64,000 nt of DNA. Origin: Fistulifera solaris (Eukaryota). A model generated the notes under the pieces. The model did not search any database, was not told where the DNA came from, and was given only the letters and a program-made list of their open reading frames with translations. The DNA lies in NCBI GenBank assembly GCA_030295235.1, contig AP026155.1:372001-436000 (forward strand). The letters are read 5' to 3'. Positions 35,625-49,674 of the stretch are shown here, piece by piece. The translations under genes were made by a program, and so were the position numbers. Numbering within the stretch: the first letter of the stretch is position 1; each line of letters opens with the position of its first letter.

Positions 35625-35996
35625 GGTGATTTCCGATGAAGACAATCAATTTAGTTGAGTAAATGATTCTTTTCAAGTCGCCTTCGGTGAAAAACCAAAA
35701 AATGCAACACGGCTGCGACGATGTTGAGACGAAAAACAAGTCTTCTCAAATCGTACCGGTAATCTATTGTTTAGTCCTAAAACAAAAATGAAACCGTTGC
35801 GGTACCCACCTTCCCACATTCAAGTTTAGAGTATAATGCGGTGGCGTTGAAAACCGCATCCGCCTTCATCTCGCTCGATGAGACGGCTCGACGAAACAGC
35901 CATTTGACCCGAAGAGAGGTGCAACTCCTACAACGGATCGCTAATTAAGAATCCCTTCTCCGTTCCCCGAATGATATCAACAACAGCGTTCGAAAA

Positions 35997-38900
35997 ATGA
36001 CAGAACCTGTAAATATTACATTACTGCTCGATCGGTTTCTTTCCGCGAGTACCGCCGCCGATGTGCAAAATGCCCTCGAACACGTGTTATCGGCTTTACA
36101 GGATCCATCCGCAACGGAGGCTCTTCTCGCCGAACCAGATGTCCTCAAAGGAATGCTAAAACTACTGGCAACGCAATCTTACAAAAATGTCGGGGTCGAA
36201 GACGGAGACAATCTCTGTGCACGGATTTTGTGGCAAATTCTGCAAACATCCGACACGGCCAAGACGTTGTTGCAACGTCCCGAACTCGCGCTAATTGAAG
36301 TCTTGATGGATGTCGCAGCAACAAACGAAGACGAAAGCATCGAACGGTCTTCCTATACACGCGTCCTGTGTTTACAATCGTTGGAAAAGTTGTGTCACCA
36401 AGCACCGCAACTCGCGCAACAACAATTGTTGCAAGCCCCGAATGGGTTGCATCGGTTGGGGGAATTGTTGCATTGCGCCGACTTGGCGGTAAGGAATCAA
36501 GCCTTACTGGTAGCCCATTGTTGTGCGGCATGGCCTGCCGTCAGTCAAGTCTGGATTTTTCTCAATATTGTGCCCACTCTCTTACAAGTGGCATTGCAAG
36601 AAGGAGGATTGCAAGGTGGGACCGTTGTGGTGCAGGACTGTTTGCGGTTGTTGAGGAATTTGTTGCGACACGATACTTCCATGGCAGAATTAGTCTTCCA
36701 AGAACAGACGTTGGCACCCCAATTGTCGGTCTTGTTGGATTTGCGCCTCGGAACCGAATTTGTGCATCCCGTTGCGAAAAAGAAAATCGAGCCGCTCTTG
36801 TCGCGCAAAAAAGCAGTTGATGACTTGGATGACCTTCTGATGGAACCAAGTAGCAATCAAGAATCTTCCTCTGACGAGGAAATCATATTGCCACGCCTCA
36901 CGCGCGATGAAGAAAAAGTCATCCATGCTGTTTTGGATATTCTGGAATTAGTGTTGGAGAACAACAAAGTGCGTCAAGCGATTTGTACGCAGGATTTAGC
37001 GTCCATGGTGTGGGAATTGGGGTTGGTCAATTTCCCACCTCCGGGGAGTCGCCGCGCCCTGTGCGTATCCCAGTGCAAGCTTGCAACAACGGGCTTTGCA
37101 AATTACCGCACGTTACTTGAATGATCCCATTCTGCTGCAAAATCACAATGCCCTCCACCGTCTACTGCATTTGGTGTGTATGGGAGGGATACCCAAGGAT
37201 CGGGAGGACAAGTTGGGTGTCTCGCAATCGGCTTTGCATCTGCTGCGTCAGACGGTGCCTCCGGCACAGGCGCAGGAAATTTTACTTAACACCTTGGCGC
37301 CTCCTCTCACGGAGGAGACACCGGATCTGACACCTGTGCAACGACTCCTCATAACAGTCGAGAACAATTTGGTAGCGCCACCGGATACGGGCCGCACGGT
37401 ATTACTCGTGGGATCGACGTGTGCCTTGTCACTCTTTTTGGTCGATACCGCCAGTCGTGAAATGATGGTAAGGTTGATGGACTCCGGGTTGTTGCCTTCG
37501 ATATTGGAATTGTTACCGAACGAACCCGATACTCTGGTTACGTTGGTGTTGCTGCGGTTTTTGTGTCAATGGATGGATGGATCTCCGTTGGTGGTGCAAT
37601 CGATTCTGGGTGCACCACAAAGTGCGACGGTTTTGGCGGCCCTGTTGGAATCGAAGGATTCAACCATTGCCGCGTATGCGTCTCTGTTGTTGGGAATGGC
37701 GTTGAATCAAATGACCGACCAGCAAGATGTCACGAAATATGGAGGATGGACCCGTGAGGGTATTTTGGATATTTTTAAACATTCATTGAAGCTGTTCCTG
37801 TTGCGATTGGACGAGCTTGGTCCCAATCTAAACATGTGGTCGTTCTGTCCTTTGGAACACAAAGTGTGGTTGGAGGAGTTTCAGGCCAATGTTTGGACAG
37901 TGCGAAGATGCCTGGTGGCGGAAATGACTGTGCATAGTGAGTCGAGCGATGAGATTTCGTCTATGCAGGCTTTGATTGAAAAACAATCCAGTGAACTGGA
38001 AGAACTTCGTCAGGAATTGAATTTTTCGAAGAAAAGTCTAGTCCAACAAGGTACGTTGTCATCGCATTTTTGATCTCTCTGCTTTGTTGTTTCTTCTAAC
38101 TTGCTCCCCTAGAAAAGGAATTGTTGCTTTGGAAAGTAAGGGCCGAATGCACTCCAACCCAACTAGATGAATTGCTCAATCAATCCACGTCGCGCAATAC
38201 GGCATTAGAGAAAAAGGTGGAAGAGTTGGAAAGCTTGCTTTATCATATTGAAGCGGAGCATGCCGCTGATGTAAGTCGAAATACGGAACTTGTCGAGTCA
38301 TTGCAAGCAGAAGTTCAGAATGCCTTGCAGAATGAAACCCAAACCCGGGAAGACTTGGAGACCATGCAAGGAGAAATGACTGCTTTGAGCCAAGCTTACA
38401 CTAATCTTGAGGCTGAGTATCGTCGTCAAACTGAGCTTCTATCTACGAGTACAGCAGGGGCCGAGGGCAGCGAACAAAGCGCTCATCAAAACCAAGGTGA
38501 GGACTCAGAGAAGGAATTGTCACGTGGAAATTCAACGGAGGTAGCTATTCTTCGTGCTGAAAATACAAGATTAAAGAATGATATGAAAGTGGCCGAGGAT
38601 TGGATGGCTATGGCTCATCAAAAGCTAAGTGAGATACTGACCGAGAATACTGCGTTGAAAGGCGAGGTGTCGTCGCTCAGAGGACAAGTACAATCTCTCG
38701 GTGACCAGAGTGCAGGTCTACAGCAAGAGTTAAACTCGTTGCGCGAATATTATGGCTCGTCGAGCAATGAAGATTTGCGAAGTATTATATCTAAGACTTC
38801 GCAACAAGCGGAATTAGAGACAAATCTGAGAGAAGAAGCCGAGTCAGAACTCATTCATATTCGTGGATTGCTGGAGAAGGTCGAGAAAGACAAAGCAGAT

Positions 38901-41900
38901 CTGGAGCAGCGCATGAGTGAAATGAATCAAATGTTTATTTCCGAAAACGCGGCCACTTTTGGCCACAGCCAACCTAAAACGTTGCCGGCCGAGAATGACA
39001 CAGTGAATCTTCACGAAGAAGTTGAAGCAGTGAGAAAGGAACTTGCATTTGTGCTTAAGAGAGAAGAGGAGGCAATAAGCAATCGCGACGCACGTATAAG
39101 TGAGCTCGAATCTTGTCTCGATGAACGTGGCTTTCCCTCGGAAGAGCTACTGAGACGAGATAAAGAGATAGAGGAGCTTAAGCAACTTACCCAGGTTGCC
39201 CAAGAATGGATGGATAACGCCATCGAGCAGTACCACGCACTGCAGCAAGATAAGGAAGCTCTTTTGTCGGAAAAAGCAACTTTGACTAACCAATTGAGCG
39301 AGCTGGACAATCAGATACAAACCCTGATTCCGTCCATTTCCATGGCGACAGCGCAACCGGATCTACAAGCCCTAACATTGGCTTTGCAAGAAAAGGACTC
39401 TCTTCTCAAAGAATCCATGGCGACTCTCTCAGAAATGCAAGTTAGCCTCACAGAGAAAGAACACAATCTTGACTCTTTGAGATTTGAACTTCAGTCAGCC
39501 AATGAAGAAATTCAACAGAAGTGCTCGGAGTTGGAGTTATTGAGGCAAAATAGTAATAGTGCAGCGAATGAAATCCAACATTTGCGGGCCCAAGCCAAGG
39601 CGCTAACGTCGCGCGAGCAAGAGTTATGCAAAGAAATTGACGACCTTCGAAATGGGCAATCGTCGAATCAAGATTTGGTCGAAGGTCTTCACGTTGAAGA
39701 AAAACTCCAGCCAATCTAATCTCCTTCTTCAAATTGAGGAGTACAAGACAATGATGAGAAATTTGGAAGCACAGTTGTCCGAACAGGAATGCGACTCAAA
39801 TGACATGGTAAAAGAATGGGAGACAACGTACACTGACCTAGAAAAGCGTCACAAGGAGGTCCTTGGCGAGAAGCAGAAACTAGAAGATCTTTGTAGCGCA
39901 AAAGACGCGCGGATATATGAGTTGCAAGACGAAAACAGAAGCAAGAATGACGAGGTGAACGAGCTGACTATTCTGTTGGAGGAAAAGGTCCGAGTGATGT
40001 CGACCACAAATATTGTTGATACTGGTGAGGAGGAGAATCGTGAGGACAAGGACGCGACTATCAAAACTCTTTCAGATGAAGTAGAGACTTTGAAACAGCA
40101 GTTGCAGGCCATGGACGCAGAGTCGGTGGACGCGATTTCTCGCTGGCAGGCTTCCTATGCCGATTTAGAAGCACGTTACTTGGAATTGTGCAACTCCAAG
40201 GAGACGCCTGTCGTTGATGGAAAAGATGCCGTGCAGCTTGGCTTAGAGGACGGTTCCGTCGATCGTGTGTCTGAGTTGACTTCTCAGGTAACAAGGCTTC
40301 AGCAAGCGCTGACGGAGGCCGAAAGTGAATCGGCGGCAGTGGTGGCGAAGTGGCAGGAAGCTTACGCCGAATTGGAAGACAAGGTCCGTGTCGCTTCCGC
40401 TGACGAATCTGGTATGGGTGCTGACGTACAGGCTAGTAATGACGCCTTGAGCGATCGTGTATCTGAGCTGAATGCGCTGGTTACGAGTCTACAAGAGCAG
40501 CTAAGAGAAGCCGATGCTGAGCACGCTACTGTTTTGGAGAAATGGCAGCAAGGATATGCCGAACTGGAAGAGAAGGTCCGAGTGATGTCGACCACAAATA
40601 TTGTTGATACTGGTGAGGAGGAGAATCGTGAGGACAAGGACGCGACTATCAAAACTCTTTCAGATGAAGTAAAGACTTTGAAACAGCAGTTGCAGGCCAT
40701 GGACGCAGAGTCGGTGGACGCGATTTCTCGCTGGCAGGCTTCCTATGCCGATTTAGAAGCACGTTACTTGGAATTGTGCAACTCCAAGGAGACGCCTGTC
40801 GTTGATGGAAAAGATGCCGTGCAGCTTGGCTTAGAGGACGGTTCCGTCGATCGTGTGTCTGAGTTGACTTCTCAGGTAACAAGGCTTCAGCAAGCGCTGA
40901 CGGAGGCCGAAAGTGAATCGGCGGCAGTGGTGGCGAAGTGGCAGGAAGCTTACGCCGAATTGGAAGACAAGGTCCGTGTCGCTTCCGCTGACGAATCTGG
41001 TATGGGTGCTGACGTACAGGCTAGTAATGACGCCTTGAGCGATCGTGTATCTGAGCTGAATGCGCTGGTTACGAGTCTACAAGAGCAGCTAAGAGAAGCC
41101 GATGCTGAGCACGCTACTGTTTTGGAGAAATGGCAGCAAGGATATGCCGAACTGGAAGAGAAGGTCCGAGTGATGTCGACCACAAATATTGTTGATACTG
41201 GTGAGGAGGAGAATCGTGAGGACAAGGACGCGACTATCAAAACTCTTACAGATGAAGTAGAGACTTTGAAACAGCAGTTGCAGGCCATGGACGCAGAGTC
41301 GGTGGACGCGATTTCTCGCTGGCAGGCTTCCTATGCCGATTTAGAAGCACGTTACTTGGAATTGTGCAACTCCAAGGAGACGCCTGTCGTTGATGGAAAA
41401 GATGCCGTGCAGCTTGGCTTAGAGGACGGTTCCGTCGATCGTGTGTCTGAGTTGACTTCTCAGGTAACAAGGCTTCAGCAAGCGCTGACGGAGGCCGAAA
41501 GTGAATCGGCGGCAGTGGTGGCGAAGTGGCAGGAAGCTTACGCCGAATTGGAAGACAAGGTCCGTGTCGCTTCCGCTGACGAATCTGGTATGGGTGCTGA
41601 CGTACAGGCTAGTAATGACGCCTTGAGCGATCGTGTATCTGAGCTGAATGCGCTGGTTACGAGTCTACAAGAGCAGCTAAGAGAAGCCGATGCTGAGCAC
41701 GCTACTGTTTTGGAGAAATGGCAGCAAGGATATGCCGAACTGGAAGAGAAGGTCCGAGTGATGTCGACCACAAATATTGTTGATACTGGTGAGGAGGAGA
41801 ATCGTGAGGACAAGGACGCGACTATCAAAACTCTTTCAGATGAAGTAAAGACTTTGAAACAGCAGTTGCAGGCCATGGACGCAGAGTCGGTGGACGCGAT

Positions 41901-44900
41901 TTCTCGCTGGCAGGCTTCCTATGCCGATTTAGAAGCACGTTACTTGGAATTGTGCAACTCCAAGGAGACGCCTGTCGTTGATGGAAAAGATGCCGTGCAG
42001 CTTGGCTTAGAGGACGGTTCCGTCGATCGTGTGTCTGAGTTGACTTCTCAGGTAACAAGGCTTCAGCAAGCGCTGACAGAGGCCGAAAGTGAATCGGCGG
42101 CAGTGGTGGCGAAGTGGCAGGAAGCTTACGCCGAATTGGAAGGAAAAGTCCGCATTTCGTCCCCCCGACAATAATCTCGTAGCTGATATCTCATGTAGTG
42201 ATAAGGATAAAAACTTAAGGCTCGATGATGTTGTACGACAAACTGAGACGTTCAAGCAACATGGACAAGACAGGGAGAGATATGATGAGGTTTCTCATGA
42301 AATTGCTTTGCTTCGTTCACAATTACTTGAACAGGAGACTGAAGCACAAGATGCAATCAGGCAGTGGGAAATCTCCTACGCAGAGCTTGAAGAGCGATTG
42401 CTTAAAGTTACAAAAGAACATGATTGTGCACTATCATCAGGTTCTCCAGGCATTGTCGACCCTCCTTTTCTTGAATCTGCTGCTGATAAGAAAAGTATGA
42501 GTGACAATGAAGCCGATACTCAGATTGCAATGGGCGATAACAATTTCCTCGATGCTTTCCGTGAACTGGAGCAACGTGTATCCAAATTGACGAGTGAGGT
42601 GTCTTTTCTGCAGCGAGAACTGGTTGATAGCGAAAAAGAAGCTGCTAATGCCATTTCTACATGGGAGCAAGCGTACGCGAACCTAGAAGCAGAGCTACAA
42701 TTAGCCAAGAAGAATAATTGTGAAAGACACGATAGTGAGGATGTGGATGACAGAGATAGCTTGCTGACAAAAATGACAATTCATATCGCGACACTGAACG
42801 AGCAGCTCTTATTATATCAGACGCAATTAAATTCACGAACAGCAATGAATAAAAGTGATCAAGTAAATTCCCAAGTTGGTGACTCAACAGCCAATATCAA
42901 CGATGGCACCGTAACGCAACTCGAGGTTTCGCTCAACACAGACGCCGATGCAGCTTTCGCGGAACAGCGATACAATGAAGGACCTGAAGAAAGTAGTCAA
43001 AGTAGCCTGCAAGCGGAAGTATATAGACTACAGTGCAATATCAAAGTCATGCAGGAGGAAAAACAAACATCAGTGGCTGAATTACAAGAACGTTTAGCCT
43101 CGGCAACATCAGAGATGGTCGAGACTAAACAACAACTTGGCCTATTAAAGACAGAACTCGAACAAAATAGGCTTCAAGCGAATGAAAAGGCAGAGTTTAT
43201 AAAGCAATTAAGTCTAGAACGAGACCTGCTGAGTGAGTCTTTTAGGCGACTTGAGGATCAGTACGAAAAAGATGTACTCGCTTTCAATTTGGAACGCAAA
43301 GTATTGGAGGATGACCTCTTTAGCACACGAGAAGAGCTTAACTCGAAGACAATGCAAGCTAAGAAGCTAACCAACGATCTCAGAGAAAGCCAGGAAGCGC
43401 TAAGTCAAATGGAGTTAAAAATGAGGGGAGCAGACGAGGAAGACAAACTTCGAGTTCTTCTTGACGAGAAAACCGCAGCCTTGGTATTGTTGGAGGAGGA
43501 TCTAAGTCTCAAGACGTTTGAGCTTCAAAGCAAAAGTGCTGAGTGGGAGAAAGCGAAGGAGCGTGAGGCTGGTAAGTCGATGACGGTCAAAAGATTATTT
43601 GTGTTCATTTGCGCTAAGTTTGTCCCGCATAGAATTGGAGAGAGAAATTTCCCGTCTTCAGTCAGAGTTGTCGGACCAAAAGGAGGAAGCGGAAATAGCA
43701 ATAGCGAGCTGGGAGACACGCTGCGAAGAGTTAGAAGAGCTCTGTAAGTTTTCGCAGGATGATAAAGATAAACTCAACGACGCGTTGGAACGGGCTGGCA
43801 CTCTTGAAACAAGACTTCGAGAAACAGAGGAGCTTTTCAATGCACGACTCGAAACTGCCATATCCGAGCACGATCGTGTACAGAAGGCCATAGCTGACAC
43901 CTTGCGTCTTCAAACACAAGCCGAACATGAGAGACTGGAACTGATCGTTAGTACTTTACAAAACGAGAAGGCAGTGCTTATAGCTGAACGAGACAATCTT
44001 ACCACACGAGTTGCGGAATTAGAAGACGAAGTGCTCGAGTCTAGAGATGCAATGCGCTTTTGCATAACGAATGGCATGTCTGATAAGGCATTCGAGATCG
44101 CGACGCAGTCTCTGCTCGAACAGCTCAATCAGATGAGCGAACAAGCTGCTTCAAACGCAGCTAGCTTAGTCATGGAGCGACAAGGTCGCCAAGCCGCCGA
44201 GGAAGAGGTGAGGCGATTGAGATCCGATCTTGCACTCATTCTTGGAATGGAAAATGGCAACGAAAACGTCGCGGAAATTCAAAAGCTTACACTCAAAACG
44301 AAAGGGTACATTCAAAGGAAGGAGGCAGCTGAAATTCAATCGCTCCGGTCATCGCTGGAGCGAGCTCAAGCCGAATTGTCTGGATCCAAAGCGTCGGAGA
44401 TGGAATCGAAAGAACGTTCCGCGAAGGCAAATATACGTGCGACCGCACTGGAGCAAGAGTTAATCTCATCGAGGAACGATTTCCAGTATCTGGTGAAGAC
44501 GATGGAGGAGATGAGAGAAGCAGAATTGTCCCGTCGAGTTTCTTTCGAGTATCGTATCGACTCACTTGAAAATGACAAGGCAATGCTTAAAAAGATCCAA
44601 GCTACCGAGATCGACAATCTTCGAAACGAACTAAATCAGATTTGCATAGAGCGCGATCGTCTGTTTGTATCTTTAAAAGATAGCGAAAAGAGCAAAGAAG
44701 CGGTGATGCTTGCGTCGAACCGTGCCCAGTTATCCAATTTGAACGAGGAATCGGACTTGCATGCTGAACTAGACATTTTAAGAATTGAGAAGGCTCGGCT
44801 CCTCGCTGCTACAGCCGACGAAACATTACAATTTGAGCGTCGTTTGCGTGACGCAGTCGCAGCTGAACGTTCATCGTCCGAAGCGGACCTCATCCTTGAA

Positions 44901-45593
44901 AAAGAATTGCGACTTGCTGCTGAGAGATCTGTCGATGCACTCAAGCACGAACTCGAACAAATGCAAGTTGATTTGGATCGACCTGTCCATCCAGACGACG
45001 CGTTATCGACAACTGAGGCAATTCCAACGTCGCATGAAATGGTAGAGTTAAAGGCGCAAATTGAAAGTTTATTGATGGAAAAAGGAATTTAAAATCTCAA
45101 GTCGATACCATCAAGGCAGAATCACAACGGCGAATTGAGGAGCTGGCCCGCGAGTGCCGGGAGGCAAAATCGGAAGCTCTGCGAGTGGAGAGAGAAAAGT
45201 CTGTTTGAGGCAGAGTTGCAAGCGGAAATGTCGCGTGTTCAAAATAACGGCTCCTTTAGAAGAAACGAAGTTGACACGGAGGAAAGTCAGGGCATTTTTG
45301 AAGAGAAGAAAGATGCAATGCAGCTGGAACATCTACAGCGACTCTATGAAGCAATAAAAGATCAAAAGGAAACCATAGAAGAGGAAAGAAGTGTTTATTT
45401 CGAGCTACTTTCCGAGCAAGATGACCTTCTCGCACTTTTGGCACAGCAAGATCTTATGGAATCATGTCTGAAAGCTGCTCTTTGTCGCTTGGGTGGCGCT
45501 GAAGCCGTGGAAGAAGCTGCACAGGAAGCCAGAGAAAAAGCCGAGGCACAGTACGGGAAATACATCGAAGTGTCGGCTGTTGAGTCGACCTAG
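35997..45593 (+). CDS. USO1: USO1/p115-like Golgi tether with a very long coiled coil
   Basis: Armadillo head (QLLQAPNGLHRL, VRNQALL, EGGLQGGTVVVQDCLRLLRNLL) and C-terminal EQDDLLALLAQQD. Introns 38051-38112 and 43572-43632. Homopolymer frameshifts at 37043, 39700, 42161, 45079 and 45195. Confidence 0.8.
39985..42145 (+). repeat. Coding tandem repeat, 588-bp (196-aa) unit, about 3.7 near-identical copies
   Basis: Unit starts AAGGTCCGAGTGATGTCGACC at 39985, 40573, 41161 and 41749. Confidence 0.97.
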
Positions 45594-46202
45594 TGACTTC
45601 TTCAATTCAATCTCCCATTTTGGATTGCATTCTGCCAATAGAACGGCCTGCTCTCCGCGCGTCACCATTATGATTCAACAATGCAATGAGAAGCGAGACA
45701 GACATTAGCTTCGCACTGACTCACATAATCTAGATTCTAGTGTGGAATATCACTCTCAGTAAAAAAAGCAATAACTTACCCAGATACGGTTTACTTGGAG
45801 AGGAGCTTATAGGCTTTAAGCAGACGATGTGTTGCTGAGAGAACGACGTCATCATTACCGAATGGCAGACAGACTTGGAACAAAGCCGAAGGCTAAAAGC
45901 CGCCATCCACGAAAACTTTCATCACAACAAAATTGTCCCATTAACCATTCCCTACATTCTATTTTAAAAAGCTTGCATTCATCAGCAAGGAAACATACGT
46001 TGTTACCATAAAATCATCGAAACTATCCCCATTTGCAGACTTGAGCTCTCCCTCGGTAGTTTACTGATTGTTTTTCTTCCGTCGAGAACTCGTGATTGCC
46101 GCGCCAAGAATTTCGGAGGTGAAATAGTGATGATTTGCCAATAGACAACCTATCTTGCAGACGAAACAGCGAAGTGTCTGGATCCCAAAACAAGGAATCA
46201 CG

Positions 46203-49200
46203 ATGAATGGACACGGAGGAGAGATGGACCCACAATCTTTGGAAAGATGGATACTTCAATCGAATGATCCTTCTCAACCCACGGCTCAAATTCAAGCAAT
46301 CACAATGTTGAGGGAGTGGTCGTTATCATCACCCCGAGAAGTAGTTATCGCCAGTATGTTTCAGGTCCTAGACCGGTCGTCGGAAGAAACAGCCCAGTTT
46401 TATTCACTCGGAACACTGGGACGTATGGCTCTGGACGAGACAGAAAGAGCATCCTTCCGACAGTATTTGCTCTATCGATTTCCGCCGGCATCTTCCACTT
46501 TTCTTCGCAACAAAGTAGCATGGATTCTTGCTCGATTCCTTTGGGAAGACGTCCCTGTGCGCTGGACGACATTGGAGCATGATCTCATCCATCATTTATC
46601 CGTCTCCCAGCCCGCTCTGTACTGCAAACTTCTAGAAACGGCGATGGAAGAGTTCTCGGCAGCCGTCATTCGTGAAGACCCGAATAACATCGTTTATGAT
46701 GAAGAACAATCGTTTTTGACCAACTCTTCCTTTTATTCAACGAAAAATGACATGCGAAGAGTAAAGGACTATTTTAAAGACTACATCAACGAATACGGAG
46801 AGGCCACGGGTAAGCAGCCAAATGACACAGAGACAAATACACTGGCCCATCGACTGTTCGATCGCATCGTGAAGGTCCTAGAGGATTGTATCTTCATTTT
46901 ACAGAATGGGAACGATGCAAAGGGACAAGCTATGGAGACTGTGGGACTTGCTTTGAAATCGATGAGGCAGTTTCTGATGTGGATCGACCTTTCCCACGCG
47001 GACACACAGGGCGAAGGAGTTGCGCAGCCAAAAGCAATCGAAATCCTACTCTACCTTCTGTCAATCTCCGACTATCCAGCTCATATTCATGTTTTGGTCT
47101 TCCAGGTGTTGAGAGAATGGAATAGCGGTGCACAATCTACCCACGAAACAGCGCTACTATCTGACCACGAGCTTCATGTTTATTCTGCCGTCTTCGAACA
47201 AATTCACAAAGCAAATCTTCTTCCTTACAACGTCGAATCGTCGGCACCGATTGAAGTAGTGATTGAGGTAGCCAAGTTTGTCGATTCTGCAGGACAACAC
47301 CTTTTGACCGTGTTCGTGATTGAAAGCGTCAAAGCAACACCAGAAATACAGGTTAACGCTGACAAGATAAAGAGTGCTTTGTTCCAGGCGCTAGATCTAT
47401 TCTTTCGCGCATTCAGCTATGATGACATTGATGTATCTGCTGCTGTTTTCCCACTAGGCGGCAACCTTATTTCCGAAATGGAGAAACATGCATCATTGCA
47501 AATTCACTTGCCTCAGCTATTGAATGTGCTATACAGCCAACTGAAATACCCAGCCGATTTTTCGTACGACTACGAAGATGAATTAGTCGCAGAAGAGATG
47601 GCGTATCGTGCTGATCTGGCGAAACTGTTTGGAAAAATGGTACGCATTGATTCAAATATTTGGCTTCAATTTGTAGTTGCGACAGCTCAACGAATGGAAG
47701 GAATATCTAAAGCACCGACGCAAGAAGTTGAAGTATTTTTACGCCTCCTTTACCATTTCTGCGAAGGTATACGACCTTCACCTGGCTTAAAAGTCGTCAT
47801 GAAGAATCAAGTTTTCTGTTCACTTTTGACGGCGTTACATCATAGCGATATTGCTGACCATCCCCATCGCGAGGTCTTGTGTCTTTACTACGATACTGCG
47901 GTTCGCTACCATCCTATTTTCATAACCAACTCAGGAAATGCTAAGGTGGCGAATACGCCGTTACTGTCTCGAGTTTTGGAAGCAATGGTGAGTTTTCGTA
48001 GTTAACAATCAAATGTTACTCTATCGCTTTTCCTCACACGGGTGTATTCACAGAGCGGCACCAGAGGCTTACTACATTCCCATGTCAGAGTAAGATCACG
48101 TTGCTGCTATCTGCTTCTCAATTTGGTAAAGCAAACAGCGCCAGTTCTGCGTCCTTTTGTAGAAACAGCAGTTTTTGGTATCCGTGGCCTTCTGTCCAAT
48201 GGAGATTATTGCTCAACGCTTAGACCGGATGATTCTCTCTACCTTTTTGAAACTATGGGCATATTATTGGGAAAGACAGCGCTTGAAGCTGAGAAGCAGA
48301 GGGGATATTTAGTTGAAGTGGTGACTCCGCACATCGAGAGGGTTAGACAAGAAATCGCTTTTGCAGTTTCCACTGTGGACACTGACCACGAAACTGCAGA
48401 TTTACGAGAAGAGATGCTGGCTAGCGCGATCGCCGCAGTCGCGCATCTTAGCAAGGGTTTCTCTAAGCCATCAGACGGAGTTTTAGCTGTATTATCTGAT
48501 TCGGTACATGTGGTGCTATCTTTTCTTCAAATAGCTCCGACAAGCGAACTAGTCAGAAACAAAACGATGGTGTTCTTACAACGCATGATTGTTACTATCG
48601 ACAACCGCGTCCTACCCGAAATGCCTCAATTTCTCTCCCTACTAATTGAACACTGCGATGCCGATGACATTTTTTCGTTTCTCAGTTATTCAATCAGCTT
48701 TGTTTAAAGTTTAAAGAATCTTCTGTCCCTACGATTGACGGACAATTGATTCCACTGCTAAGAAAATGCCAACAACTTGTGCCGACCCAAGGAAATGGTA
48801 AAGGACAGCCTCCTCATATCTGCGCGGAACAGTTGGCTGTGAAGAAGCTAATCTACGTTGTATTGCAACATATTGTCTCGAATAAAGCCACGTCAGTTCT
48901 AGTTTCACCTTCTAACGTCGGAAGCCTTGAAAGTATTCTTGAGACTATTCGCGACGGAGCTACCAGAGTTCAAGATCCGACTATCCAGAAAACATGCTTG
49001 AGGTTCTTCCGCGAGCTCGTCGCGCAATGGCTTCCTATGGAACTCCCGGGGATGAGGTGGATCTTTACGGTCGTGGCTTGCTGGTTTTCACACTGACTCA
49101 TTTGATTCCAGATGTCATCAACTGCTTTTTTCAAATTCAGTTTGAGGAAAAGATGCTCTTTACAGCCGTGTGATACACGAGTTCGCAAACATTCTATTTT

Positions 49201-49421
49201 CGACAAGATCTCATTTACAGGTTGTTGAAGGTGATCGATCTGGGCTGCTTTTCAACTCTTTACTTAGCTCCATAGAGCGAATGGCGGACTCATCGAATGG
49301 TTTAAAAGCGGACGTGGATCGCTTTGCTGATACTCATTCGGTTCCCGAAATTCAAACGTGGCTAGTTGAAAGTATCCTCGGAATGCACAAAAGAACGAGA
49401 TCGAAAAAGGGCCTTCCCTGA
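46203..49421 (+). CDS. XPOT: Exportin-T / Los1-like karyopherin
   Basis: FLRNKVA, YRADL, GLLHSHVRVRSRCCYLL, DSLYLFETMGILLG. Intron 47988-48053. Frameshifts at 48670 and about 49045-49150. Confidence 0.8.
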
Positions 49422-49674
49422 CGAAACATTACGGCCGTCGAAGTCTACGCATATCAGCCAGCCTTCTTTAGTCGCCTTTAATCTCATGACTTCCCTGCAC
49501 TCACTCGACACAAAACACGCGACAATCCACTCGGACCTACTCCAGCCTCGTTGATTGTTCAACCGCAAAGAGCGTTTGTAGACAAAGTTCTGCTATAGAT
49601 CAATAAGATCGTTTAAAGCTCGTAAGCTACCAGTTAATCGGATCAACGTGTAACCTATTTATGAAAAGAAGTAC

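Noticed and set aside
39985..42145. CRISPR array, satellite or transposon
   Set aside because: In-frame coding repeat with no spacers, terminal repeats or transposase.
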